A stretch of 64,000 bases of DNA from the NCBI GenBank assembly GCA_964291285.2, contig OZ219789.1, positions 288,001 through 352,000 of the forward strand, written 5' to 3'. Under the pieces are notes generated by a model. That model ran no database searches. It was not told where the DNA came from and saw nothing but the letters and a program-made list of their open reading frames with translations. Within the stretch, counting starts at the first letter, position 1, and each line of letters opens with the position of its first letter. The translations under genes and the position numbers were made by a program. The stretch is from Alphaproteobacteria bacterium (GTDB lineage Bacteria > Pseudomonadota > Alphaproteobacteria > Bin95). Positions 42,848 to 53,288 of this stretch are shown here, piece after piece.

Positions 42848-43294
42848 ATGAGCTTCGGACTGAACAAGGCGCAGATCATCGGCCGCCTCGGCGCGGACGT
42901 CACCATCAACCACCTGCAAAACGGCGGCCGCGTGGCCAATCTGAGCGTTGCCACCGACGAGAGCTACATCGAACGGAACGGCAGCGGCGAGCGGATCGAC
43001 AGGACCGAGTGGCACCGGGTCGTGACCTTCCAGGACGGGCTGATCGACATGCTCGCCAGGCACGCCACAAAGGGCCGGCTGGTCTACGTCGACGGCAAGC
43101 TCCAGACCCGGCGCTGGTCGAAGCCGGGCGAGGACGGCGACCGCTTCTCGACCGAGATCCTGCTGGTCCCCGGCGGGCGCGTCCAGTTCCTCGACAAGGC
43201 GAACGGCAACGCCGCGCAGCCCGGCCCGGACGCGGCGGGCGGCGCCGCGCCGGCCGGCGGCGACCCGATGGACGGGGACCATATCCCGTTCTAG
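42848..43294 (+). CDS. ssb: Single-stranded DNA-binding protein, second copy
   Basis: LNKAQIIGRLGAD, TEWHRV, GKLQTRRW, IPF tail. Confidence 0.95.
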   Translation: MSFGLNKAQIIGRLGADVTINHLQNGGRVANLSVATDESYIERNGSGERIDRTEWHRVVTFQDGLIDMLARHATKGRLVYVDGKLQTRRWSKPGEDGDRFSTEILLVPGGRVQFLDKANGNAAQPGPDAAGGAAPAGGDPMDGDHIPF

Positions 43295-43475
43295 AGCTTC
43301 CCGTTCTTCCCTCCCCACAGGGCCGGCGCCTCGCGCGTCGGCCCTTTCTTCATGCAGGCAGGTTCGAGTCTCGCCGCGGCGCATACGGAGTGGGAGCGAG
43401 GCTGGAAAGCGGGTGAACCGCGCGAGGAGGAGAGGGAGCCCGCTCGCGCACCCGTCACGCTACCCGGAGAACCCG

Positions 43476-43703
43476 ATGAGCAACATCTCCTTCCGCCGCA
43501 TCGCCCCCGACGAATCCCGCATCTACCGGGACGGCGACCATGTCGGCGACGTCCACGCCTTCGACGACAGCATCCGGCCGGGGCGCAGGGTGTTCGCCAT
43601 ACATCTCGACGAGGACCCGCGCGGGCCGGTGTATCTCCACGACCGCACCCGCATCCGCGAGGTCGCCGGGCGCCTGGTCCTCTCCCATCCCCTGTGGAGT
43701 TGA
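43476..43703 (+). CDS. Hypothetical protein, 75 aa
   Basis: GGAG RBS; coding-like composition. Confidence 0.65.
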   Translation: MSNISFRRIAPDESRIYRDGDHVGDVHAFDDSIRPGRRVFAIHLDEDPRGPVYLHDRTRIREVAGRLVLSHPLWS

Positions 43704-43789
43704 CGCAAGGGCGGGCAACGGCGCCCCCCGCTCCGGCGCCGTGCCGGCCGAACCGCCGATGGGGTCCGTGCAGGGCGAGAGAAATACGC

Positions 43790-44050
43790 CACCCCGCTGT
43801 GATCTCCAATCGTGTCACACGGGCTCGCGACAGCAACCCCTGCGGGGTCCTCCGGTCGCTCCGCTCCTTGCGGCCCGGGCAAGAAGCTCTACGGGCGGAC
43901 CGTGAAAGTCGACGACCGTGAAGATCGCAGGGCGATCTTCCGCACCATCGCCGACTTTCCGCACCACTCCGCCCAAGAGCTTCTACGCCCGGGTGCTTCT
44001 GCTGCGCGCGCGTGCCCCGACAGGACATCACAACGGGGATCGGCCCCGAA
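43790..44050 (+). promoter_or_regulatory. Stem-loop leader, second copy
   Basis: AGAAGCTCT/AGAGCTTCT, GAAGATCGC/GCGATCTTC and CCCGGGC/GCCCGGG stems. Confidence 0.6.
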
Positions 44051-44074
44051 CGTGAAAACCGAAAGGAAAACGAC

Positions 44075-44992
44075 ATGATCTTCGATATCGAGACCGCAGC
44101 GCAGTCCGCAACCGCGATCGTCTGCGACAACGCCGCTCTTTTCGGCGCAACCCCCGAGCGCGACGAGTTCGATACCCGCGAGATCTGGGACCAGGACGAG
44201 GCCATCACCGCCGTCACCGAAGCCTTCCGCATCCTCAGCCGGGGCGTCGCGCCGGACGGATACCAGATGGCAGACGAACGCGAACACCTCCTCTGGGGCT
44301 TCGTCAACATGCTCCACGCCCAGACACAGCGCCTCGACCGCGCCGCCGACAGGCTCACCCCCGAACTCCAGGACCTCCAGCGCACACAGGACGGCTCCGA
44401 GATCAGGTCCCTCGAACTGGAACTCGTGACCGACCGCGCACAGTGCCTCACCGCACGCCGCGACGCCTTCGAGACCTTGCGCGACGAAGCCGCCGAAGCC
44501 TACCGCACCGTCACCGGCGACACATGGCGGCCCCGGCGCGGCAGCCACGCCAGCCAGACCGGCACGCTCACCAGCGCCGCCATCGACGCCCGCGACTTCG
44601 TCCGTGCCCGCAAGGACCGCGCGACCATGGCGCACCTGCCGCAGGGCACCCTCGTCGCCATCGCCGGCGGCAAGGACGTCGCCGACCCGGCCGCGGTGAT
44701 CGCCAGGCTCGACCAGGCCCGCGCCAGGTATGCCGACCTCGTCCTCGTCCACGGCGGCGGTCCCGGCGTCGAGAAGATCGCGGCGCGCTGGGCAGAGCGC
44801 AACGGCGTCCACCAGGTCGTCTGCAAGCCCGACTGGGACAGGCACGGTCGCGCCGCACCCTTCCGCCGCAACGACGAACTGCTCAACCTCCTGCCCAGGG
44901 GCGTCATCGCCTTCCCCGGCTCCGGCATCACCGACAACCTCGTCGACAAGGCCCGCAGCCTCGGCATCCCGGTCATGCGCTGCCCCGCCTGA
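44075..44992 (+). CDS. DUF2493 (SLOG) domain protein, second copy
   Basis: C-terminal domain nearly identical to 10777-11856. Confidence 0.85.
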   Translation: MIFDIETAAQSATAIVCDNAALFGATPERDEFDTREIWDQDEAITAVTEAFRILSRGVAPDGYQMADEREHLLWGFVNMLHAQTQRLDRAADRLTPELQDLQRTQDGSEIRSLELELVTDRAQCLTARRDAFETLRDEAAEAYRTVTGDTWRPRRGSHASQTGTLTSAAIDARDFVRARKDRATMAHLPQGTLVAIAGGKDVADPAAVIARLDQARARYADLVLVHGGGPGVEKIAARWAERNGVHQVVCKPDWDRHGRAAPFRRNDELLNLLPRGVIAFPGSGITDNLVDKARSLGIPVMRCPA

Positions 44993-46121
44993 CACGCAGC
45001 ACCCACGGGCCGCGTCGTCTCCGCTCCGGCGGCGGCGCGGTCCGTCTCCGTATGCGCACACCCGTCGCGCTGCGCCGCCGACACCTCGCGCGCGCTTCGC
45101 GCCGCGTTCGTGCGGAGCCTGCCCCGGACTGCGGTCCGGGGCTGCCGCGTCACGCGCCGCTGCACCATGCTTCGCATGGTGCATCGCGGGCTGCGCCGAG
45201 CCCGGCGCAGGGCCGCCGGCACTGCTGACCCGCCCACTGCCGGCGCTGCTGCCGGACCGGCACGACACTGTGCTTCGCACCGATGCCCGCAGTCGTGCAG
45301 GCGCCGCCGTCGGCGCCTCCGATCGCAACGGCTATCGTAACCGTCACCGCACCCGCGCGGCTGACGCCGCGGTAACGGGTGCGCCATCCCCGTCTGCGTC
45401 TGCGGTAATGTGTGAGCAGCACGCGATCACCCTGAACAGCCCCGCTTTCGTCGAGCACGCTTGCATCGCGGTAACATGTGCGCGGCGTCCTTCGGCTCCG
45501 CGGAACATGTGCGGCGGCGCCCGTGCCGCCGAGGTAACGCCGCCGGCTCCGGTGCGCCATGTGTGAAGACTGCCCTCCGCCGTTTGCACGCCGCGCCGCG
45601 TTCTGTTACCTCTGCGACCGGACGACAACGCGGAACGCGCCCGAAGATCGCGGATTGGTCGTCTCGCTCAATCGCCGCGACGGCTCCATTCCCTTGTGAC
45701 GCTGGCGTTTCAGGCGATGGTGGTGTGCAGGGCAACCTCGCCCGATCTCGACTCCGTTCGGAGTTTTACCGTCACACCCGACGCGCCAGGGGCGCAGTCG
45801 GCGCATGCGTGGCCTGGAGAACCCTCCCGGTGCCGCAAGGCGCCAGACGGGGCCTGCGGTATGATGGGAACCTGTAGTGCGCTTTGTGTTACGGACAAGC
45901 CTCTGGAATCATTGTATGTGTTTCTACCGTGTTCGCCATGTATGCTCATAGAATACCGTCCACATTGCGTGCGCATTGTGGCCAGGGACGGAGGAAACAC
46001 GGAATTGCCGCCCACGGGCAGGTAGGCCAATGAACCGGGAAACAGCTCCGTAGCCGTCCGAAACCGCCCGACAACGGAGTGCGCGGCGACGCAGGTTCGG
46101 GCTCGAACATGGGAGGTGACG

Positions 46122-46475
46122 ATGGCAAACAGGAGCTTCCAGCGCTCGATCCGGTTCACGAAAAACGAGTGGGATGCCGTGGTCGAGGCCGCCGAGAAGG
46201 CCGGAATCACTCCTGGCTCGTTCGTGCGCAGGGCCGCCGCGCGCGCCGCGGCCGACGATCTCCATCTCCATGGCGGCGGCCTGACGCCGGAATTGGTCGA
46301 GCTGATCGAGAGAACCTTCCGCGGCGTCCACCTGCTGGCGTACCTGAAGCAGGAGGAACTCGCCGGATCGGACAGGGAAACGCTCTTCGACAGGGCCGCC
46401 AAAGACGCCCGCGCCGCCCAGATCAAGGCGCTCGGGACGGACGATGAGTCGGCGGAGAGATGGGGACTTGGGTAG
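46122..46475 (+). CDS. Ribbon-helix-helix mobilisation accessory-like protein
   Basis: RSIRFTKNEWDAVVEAAEKAGITPGSFVRRAA RHH pattern; GGAGG RBS. Confidence 0.7.
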   Translation: MANRSFQRSIRFTKNEWDAVVEAAEKAGITPGSFVRRAAARAAADDLHLHGGGLTPELVELIERTFRGVHLLAYLKQEELAGSDRETLFDRAAKDARAAQIKALGTDDESAERWGLG

Positions 46476-46494
46476 CAAAATCCGCAGAAAGTGC

Positions 46495-46523
46495 TTGACG
46501 CCTGTTCCGAAAGGGAATATATA
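46495..46523 (+). promoter_or_regulatory. Putative sigma70 promoter of the IS1595 transposase
   Basis: TTGACG-17 nt-TATATA. Confidence 0.45.
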
Positions 46524-46600
46524 AATCCGCATAGAGCGGAGAGACGCCGCCGAAAGCCAAGGGAACAGCCGAGACGATAAGCATTCCGCAGCTTCTGCGG

Positions 46601-47500
46601 ATGTTCCCGGATCAGGAAACCTGCATCGCGTGGCTTGAGCGCGTGCGCAGGAACGGCGAGCCGGTTTGCGCCCATTGCGGAGCCTGCGACAAGATCAGGG
46701 AGCCGCGCGCCAGCAAGCCTCCCAGCAAGCCTCATACCTACTGGTGCGGGGAGTGCCGGAAGCACTTCCGGGTTACGACCGGGACAATCATGCACGCGAC
46801 CAAGACGCCATTGCAGAACTGGATCATCGCCATTTACAGCGTCATGACGGCCCGCAAGGGTATTTCCGCCATGCAGCTCTCGAAGGAGCTTGGCGTCCAG
46901 TATCGGACCGCTTGGTATATGCTTCACCGCATCCGGGAGGCTTGCGCCTCCGGTGACTTCATGCTGGATGGCGTCGTGGAAATGGACGAGGTCTATATTG
47001 GCGGTAAGCGGGCGAATATGTCCAACGCCAAGCGGAAGGCATTGGCGGACACCGGGCGCGGGACGGTCGGGAAAGCGGCCGTCATGGGCGCACGGGCGCG
47101 GGGCGGCAAGACCGTCGTCAAGCCGGTAGAGAACGCGGACGGGAAGACGGCAACCGAGTTTGCGACCGAGACGGTGCAGCCGGGCGCGGCGGTCTATACG
47201 GACGAGTCGGCCATCTACAACCGGCTGACCTTCAAGCATGAAGCGGTCAATCACAGTGCGAAGGAATGGGTTCGCGGGGCGGTCCATACCAACGGCATCG
47301 AGAGCGTATGGGCGCTGCTCAAGCGGTCGATAACCGGCACTTGGCATCATGTCTCGTTCAAGCACCTTCCCCGCTATGTCAACGAGGCTTCCATGCGCCT
47401 CAACGAAGGCAACTGCGGAGTGGACACCATTGACCGCATGGACGCGCTTGTGCGCGGCATCGGTGGTCGCCGCATCCGCTACCGGGATTTAGTCGCATGA
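46601..47500 (+). CDS. IS1595-family transposase (true start may lie slightly upstream)
   Basis: CAHC...CGEC zinc ribbon, GISAMQL, TAWYMLHRIR, EMDEVYIGG, YTDE, HTNGIESVW. Confidence 0.92.
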   Translation: MFPDQETCIAWLERVRRNGEPVCAHCGACDKIREPRASKPPSKPHTYWCGECRKHFRVTTGTIMHATKTPLQNWIIAIYSVMTARKGISAMQLSKELGVQYRTAWYMLHRIREACASGDFMLDGVVEMDEVYIGGKRANMSNAKRKALADTGRGTVGKAAVMGARARGGKTVVKPVENADGKTATEFATETVQPGAAVYTDESAIYNRLTFKHEAVNHSAKEWVRGAVHTNGIESVWALLKRSITGTWHHVSFKHLPRYVNEASMRLNEGNCGVDTIDRMDALVRGIGGRRIRYRDLVA

Positions 47501-47545
47501 CGGAACAAGAGCGCCAGAAGGCTATCGGCGATCTGCTGTTCGGCG

Positions 47546-48886
47546 ATGACTGACCCGAATTTCGCGTCCGGCACTGTCTGGACGAGCGACAACCTGTCGG
47601 TGCTTCGCGGCATGAATTCGGAATGCGTCGACCTCATCTATCTGGACCCGCCGTTCAACTCGAACCGGACCTATGAAGCGCCGATAGGCAGTCAGGCGGC
47701 AGGCGCGGCGTTCAGGGACGCTTGGACGCTTGACCTCATAGATGTCCATGAGCATGGCGAACTGGCGGACCGCAGCCCGGCCGCCTATGCCGTCATAGAG
47801 GCGGCACGGCAAGCGCACGGCAAGTCCATGCAGGCGTATCTCATCATGATGGCCGTGCGCCTCATCGAAATGCGCCGCCTGCTCAAGCCCACGGGGAGCA
47901 TCTATCTGCACTGCGACCCCACGGCGAGCCACTACCTCAAGCTGCTCATGGACGGCATCTTCGGGCGAGCGGCTTTCCGCAACGAGATTGTCTGGAAACG
48001 GTTCAACTTTCATGCCGACGCAAAGCGGTTTGGCGCGATCACAGACCGCATTCTCTTCTACTCAAGCGGCGAGACATTCAATCCTGTTCGCCTGCCCTAT
48101 TCGGCTGAATATATCAGGACGAAATTCACGCACCGCGACCCGGACGGGCGGCGGTATCGTCTCGAAAATCTGAATCCGCCGGGCGGGCGTGGACCAGTCT
48201 ATGAATTCCACGGCGTGACCAAAGCATGGCGCATGACGCAGAAGAAAATCGAGCAGCTTGACGCAGAAGGGCGCATCTACACGGACAGTCCGATTCCGCA
48301 ACTCAAGCGGTATCTCGACGAAATGCCGGGACAGGCCGCGCCCGATCTTTGGGCCGACATTCCGCCCATCAATCCGCGTGCGAAAGAGCGGACGGGTTAT
48401 CCGACGCAGAAGCCGCTGGCGCTGCTTGACCGTATCTTGAAGGCTTCCACCAAACCCGGCGACCTGGTGCTTGACCCGTTCTGCGGTTGTGCAACGGCCC
48501 TGGTCGCGGCGGACCGCCTGTCGCGCCAGTGGGCCGGCATAGACCTGTCACCGCTCGCCGTGAAGCTGGTGAATGAACGAATCGAGGCGGACCGGCCCGG
48601 CGGGCTGTTCGGCGGCGCAATCACGCCGGACGGCCCGCCAGCGCGCACGGACTTGGGGGAGCTTCCGAACTACCGGACGCACCGCCATCGGCTCTACGGC
48701 GAGCAAGAGGGCGTATGCGTCGGGTGCGGGACGCATTTCCCGTTCCGCGTCATGGAGGTGGACCACATTCTGCCCCGGTCGCAGGGCGGGACGGACCATG
48801 CCGACAACCTTCAACTGCTTTGCTCCGGTTGCAATCGCAGCAAGGGCGGGCGCACGATGGCCGAATGGCGGGCGGCGCAACACTGA
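47546..48886 (+). CDS. N6/N4 DNA methyltransferase fused to a C-terminal HNH endonuclease
   Basis: IYLDPPF, YPTQKP, VLDPFCGCAT (beta-class order); CVGC..EVDHILPRSQGG...NLQLLCSGCNRSK. Confidence 0.9.
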   Translation: MTDPNFASGTVWTSDNLSVLRGMNSECVDLIYLDPPFNSNRTYEAPIGSQAAGAAFRDAWTLDLIDVHEHGELADRSPAAYAVIEAARQAHGKSMQAYLIMMAVRLIEMRRLLKPTGSIYLHCDPTASHYLKLLMDGIFGRAAFRNEIVWKRFNFHADAKRFGAITDRILFYSSGETFNPVRLPYSAEYIRTKFTHRDPDGRRYRLENLNPPGGRGPVYEFHGVTKAWRMTQKKIEQLDAEGRIYTDSPIPQLKRYLDEMPGQAAPDLWADIPPINPRAKERTGYPTQKPLALLDRILKASTKPGDLVLDPFCGCATALVAADRLSRQWAGIDLSPLAVKLVNERIEADRPGGLFGGAITPDGPPARTDLGELPNYRTHRHRLYGEQEGVCVGCGTHFPFRVMEVDHILPRSQGGTDHADNLQLLCSGCNRSKGGRTMAEWRAAQH

Positions 48887-48887
48887 A

Positions 48888-50583
48888 CCTAAATCCGGCA
48901 TTTGAGGATGGCGTGGCCTTGCCCAATCCCTTGTAGTCTTCGGGTATGAGCGGCTTTTCAGGGGCCGAAGAGGCTCACCCTGTGGGTGACTGTCCTGGCG
49001 CTGTGCGGGATGTCGCCCGAGCGTCGGTGAAGGTGGACACCTTCGGCGGCGCGGTTCATGTGGAATGGGACCCTGATGCGGCGGTGACGCCGCTGGGCCA
49101 TCTGGCGTTTTTCGCGGAGTATCTGAAGGTGAGCGGTCGCTTTGACGCTTTGGTTGCGGACTGCCCGCTGCGGTACACGAGCCCGAACGCGCCGTCGAAG
49201 CAGGATGTCCCGGGGACGGTTCTTCTGTCGGTTCTGGCGGGGCAGTCTCGCTATGCGCACATCACGTCGCTGCGCGGCGACGGAGTGAACCCTGCGCTGT
49301 TGGGAATGGACAAGGTTGCGAGCGAGGATTCGGTGCGGCGCGGTCTGGAGCGGATCGGTGCGGATGTCGGCACATCGTGGCTTCAGGGCCATCTGGACGA
49401 GGTGGTCCGTCCGCTGCTGAGGGAGCCGTGGGTTCTGGACTGCGACACGACGATCAAGGCGCTTTACGGTCGTCAGGAGGGGGCGGTTGTGAGCTACAAC
49501 CCGAAGAAGCCGGGCCGCCCCTCGCATGCCTGCCATGCGTTCCTGATGGCGGGCACGCGGCTTGTTCTTGATGTCGAGGTGGCGCCGGGCAACCATCACC
49601 ATTCGAGGCGCGCGGCCCCGTCCTTGTGGGCCCTGCTCGACCGTCTTGGGCGGGATCGCTGGCCGCGTCTGGTGCGGGGCGACAAGGACCGGGGCAGCGA
49701 GGCCAACATGGCGTCGTGCGAGGCTGCGGGTCCGGACTATCTGTTCAAGCTGCGCCTGACGAAGGGGGCGCGCCGGCTTGCCGGGCGGCTGATGGCGCGG
49801 GACGGCTGGGAGGATGCGGGCCAGGGCTGGTCGGGGATCGGGGCCGATCTGCGTCTGCACGGCTGGAGCCGGACGCGCCGGGTTGTGGTGCTGCGCCGGC
49901 GGCTTCCTGCGACGCTGGCGCTGACGCGTGGCGACAAGGCCCGGGGCGAGCTGTTCTGGACCGAGGCGCAGCCCGGCACCGGGGTGTGGGAGTTCGCGGT
50001 GCTGGCGACCTCGCTGGACCTGGAGATACGCTCGCTGGCCCAGCTCTACCGCGACCGGGCGGACGCGGAGAACGGCTTCGACGAGTTGAAGAACCAGTGG
50101 GGTTGGGGCGGCTTCACCACGCGCGACCTGACGCGCTGCCGGCACATGGCCCGGCTGATCGCGCTCATCTACAACTGGTGGAGCCTGTTCGTGCGCCTCG
50201 CCGACCCCGACCATCACCGCGAGGCGATCACCAGCCGGCCGCTGCTCCTGCACGGGGTTGCCCGCCAGACCCACCACGCCGGCCAGACCCGGCTGACGGT
50301 GACCTCCCATCACGGGCGTCGCAAGACGGTGATGGCGGCGCTGCGCCGGATCGCCGGCTTCTTCCGGTCGCTGATGCAAACTGCGGAGCAGTTGAGCGCC
50401 GGGGATCGCTGGCGCCGGATCCTCGCCGAGGCGCTCAGGAAATACCTCCATGGCCGCGAACCGGGGCGTCAACCATGGCTGCCGCCACCCAGGACCGCGC
50501 CGACAGGCTGAAATCCACGCCCAAATCCGACTGTTCACACCGCCCCGAGACAGCGATCAAGCCCGTCAACTGCCGGATTTAGG
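48888..50583 (+). mobile_element. IS1380-like element copy 4; transposase 48946-50511 intact; no TSD
   Basis: Same TIRs; flanks CTGAA and ATTAG differ. Confidence 0.9.
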
Positions 50584-50646
50584 ATTAGAGATCGTGAAAA
50601 GCAGCAGGAAAGGCCACTAGGCGCCGACCTTACCCTAGATTGCCGA

Positions 50647-53142
50647 TCATGGTGCGCCTGTCGGAATGGCGATAGCTTCAATGTCGGCTCTCGTCTCAAT
50701 CATGGCTGAGATAGGCGTGTAGAGATCAACCTCGCTGTCCGCGCACCGCAAGGAGAGCACAAGCGAATAGCGCGCTTTCTGTCCTCGGACATCGGCCTTC
50801 GCGCGGTCCTTCCACCAGCCTCCGACCGGTTTGACGCAGATGATGTTCCGCGAGAGCAAATTGACTGCGGGCCCCGTCCATTGATCGCTGTGCAGCGACC
50901 CCGCCGACATCGATTGCGCGCCGAACAGCCACCGGTCACCGTCGGGATCTGTAGAAGGTCGATCATCCGAGTGCTCCCATGCCTGCTTGTTCAGCCGCTT
51001 TGCGAAATCGTTGGGCGCCTCTGATCGGCGCTTCAGGTCGAAGCGTAGCCCAAAGGACTGATAGCGATAGGGATCGAATGAGGCGGACGAACCCGGGTTA
51101 GGCTCGACAAAATACGACAGCGTGATTTTCAACGTGATGTCCTGCTCACCCAGACTTTCCAAGGCCTCCCGAGGCCAAGGCAACGAATAGAAGTGGCATT
51201 CGTTCATGCCCTTTCCGCTTCGACGGTATGGCTGAATTTCTGCTTGGGAAATCAATGCCAGGTGATTTCTCGCTGACGCTGCAGCACGCTCGAACGTCGG
51301 AACTCCGTGGCCGTATCGCCTCAGCAAGAGATAGGCAGCGCTCTTGCTACCGGCCGCCTGCAAGGCATCCGTCATCAAGGGGGTCCATTCCGCGCCGTGG
51401 ATCATCAAAGCTCGTACGGTCTCCGGCCAATAATGCGGAAATTCGGCCATCAGCCGTGCAGCCAGACGCGCTGCCTGCGCTGTCGCTGCGCTCGTCGCCC
51501 AAAACGAGACCAGCGGATTCTGATCGGTGTTCGGACCGGTTGAAAGAAGTGCCAGCGAATCGGCGTCATACACATCTCTTCCCGCGGGCGATATCACACG
51601 ATTGCCTGCTTCCATAACGATATCCGGCTTGAACGGCGTCTTGCCCTGAAGCCATTGGGTTGATGTTCGCGTATAGGGGCTGATGTCGCCTGCCTTGGCG
51701 TAGGGCGAGTAACCCTCGAATACCGGTTCCTGGATATTGACCCGATCAGTATATCCGCCAACCGTTATGGCGTTCCAAGCTTGGGCCGGGTCCTCGATTG
51801 GGAGCTCGTCTGCATCCCTTATCCGATGACTTTCGATCTCCTCCGGCGCATTACCCGCCGCGACGACAAACAGTCTCGGAGGCACTTGGTCACCAGTCTC
51901 GGTCACGCCGGCCGCTTCCTGGTCGATCGCTGCACTCCAAGTCGTTGGTCGCTCGCCCGTTCGGTCCTCATTAGTCACCGCCATACAAAACACCCTGCGA
52001 CGGTCCGGTTGCTCGGTTTCCGGTAATGCCACAGCCTGTTTTGTAATCGCGCCGTAGAATCGCTCTTCGGTCGGCTCGAACCCATTCGGCGGAAGTATCT
52101 TGACCGACTCAAGACGGTGGGTCAGGGATGGGATGTCGGCACCTGCCAGATGTGGGGTCAAATCTCCGAACAGCGCAAGCCCCGCCATCCCGGTGCCGTG
52201 GCCATGCGGGGAGTCGGCAACCCCCCATTCGGCTTTCACCGCGGCCAAATCCGCTTCCGCGAGTGCAGGCTCGATCAAGATGTGGGCACGATTCACCCCT
52301 GTATCGAGAAGACAGACCGCCGGAACATCCATGCCCGGCCATTCGGTTCGTTCTGACAATTCCTCGCAGACGTCCCGTTGTTCATCACGGTCGATATCGT
52401 CCAAAAAGAAGACTGGGCTATCGCTTGCACTCCGCAGCTCGACAATCGAAAGGCGCGCGAACAGCATCAGTTCGATAGTTGCCCTGTCGGTCAGAACCGG
52501 CAGCACAACATGTTCGGGAAAATACAGGCGTTGCTCGCGATCAGCCGCACGCGCTCCGAGCCTGGCGATTAACTGCTCAAGCTCGTCTTCCAACGCACGA
52601 ACGCACCAGACTTCCCACCACATTTCCTGGCCCGGCTGCGGAAGTTTCGACGGATCGTCAGTCCAAAATGTCTCAAGACGAGCCGCACGGATGGACTCAA
52701 TGGGATCGACGAAATCCTTTCGCCGGGGTTTTCTTCCCTTGGGGGTAAGCTCGCCTTCCTGATATTCGCGAAGGATGTCCTCGAACGCCTTGCGCGACTC
52801 ATCGGGAACATATAAACCGACGATCCTGTTCTCGTTCGTATCGAGCTTGGCGGCTCCCGGCTTGATACGATCGGCCTTTCGTTCGACTGCATCGACACGG
52901 GACCCCCGCTTCAACTCGACTTCAAGAAAAGCGCCCTGCGGTGGGTCCAGTCTCGGGTCCTCGCGCCTTGCGGCATCGAATGCCCGATAGGAAACGGCAA
53001 GTTCCCCACGGAGCTTCGCGCCATGCTCCTCACGGCTGCGCGGCGTGCCGGCGCCAATCGGATTTGAGGCAGCCGACGTAAACGGCGCGACTTGGAGCCG
53101 CCGCGACAAATCAATGTGCGGGAGGTCGTAAGGAGGTGCCAC
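50647..53142 (-). CDS. S8 subtilisin-like peptidase (IetS-like)
   Basis: LLDTGV, HGTGMAG, AAGN, ATSAA triad regions; follows an AAA ATPase. Confidence 0.88.
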   Translation of the reverse strand: MAPPYDLPHIDLSRRLQVAPFTSAASNPIGAGTPRSREEHGAKLRGELAVSYRAFDAARREDPRLDPPQGAFLEVELKRGSRVDAVERKADRIKPGAAKLDTNENRIVGLYVPDESRKAFEDILREYQEGELTPKGRKPRRKDFVDPIESIRAARLETFWTDDPSKLPQPGQEMWWEVWCVRALEDELEQLIARLGARAADREQRLYFPEHVVLPVLTDRATIELMLFARLSIVELRSASDSPVFFLDDIDRDEQRDVCEELSERTEWPGMDVPAVCLLDTGVNRAHILIEPALAEADLAAVKAEWGVADSPHGHGTGMAGLALFGDLTPHLAGADIPSLTHRLESVKILPPNGFEPTEERFYGAITKQAVALPETEQPDRRRVFCMAVTNEDRTGERPTTWSAAIDQEAAGVTETGDQVPPRLFVVAAGNAPEEIESHRIRDADELPIEDPAQAWNAITVGGYTDRVNIQEPVFEGYSPYAKAGDISPYTRTSTQWLQGKTPFKPDIVMEAGNRVISPAGRDVYDADSLALLSTGPNTDQNPLVSFWATSAATAQAARLAARLMAEFPHYWPETVRALMIHGAEWTPLMTDALQAAGSKSAAYLLLRRYGHGVPTFERAAASARNHLALISQAEIQPYRRSGKGMNECHFYSLPWPREALESLGEQDITLKITLSYFVEPNPGSSASFDPYRYQSFGLRFDLKRRSEAPNDFAKRLNKQAWEHSDDRPSTDPDGDRWLFGAQSMSAGSLHSDQWTGPAVNLLSRNIICVKPVGGWWKDRAKADVRGQKARYSLVLSLRCADSEVDLYTPISAMIETRADIEAIAIPTGAP

Positions 53143-53288
53143 GACTCAGAGACCGTTTGAGAATGCCTTCAACGGATAACTCCAGTCCGCTCGAGAAGCC
53201 CAAAGTGCCGGAAATCGTGGCTTTGGAGATGCTGCAGCGAGAAAAATGGGCACCGCGCCGAACCTCGATTCTATTCTCAAACGGACTG

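Noticed and set aside
45330-45615. CRISPR array
   Set aside because: Repeats are short, degenerate and irregularly spaced; no cas genes
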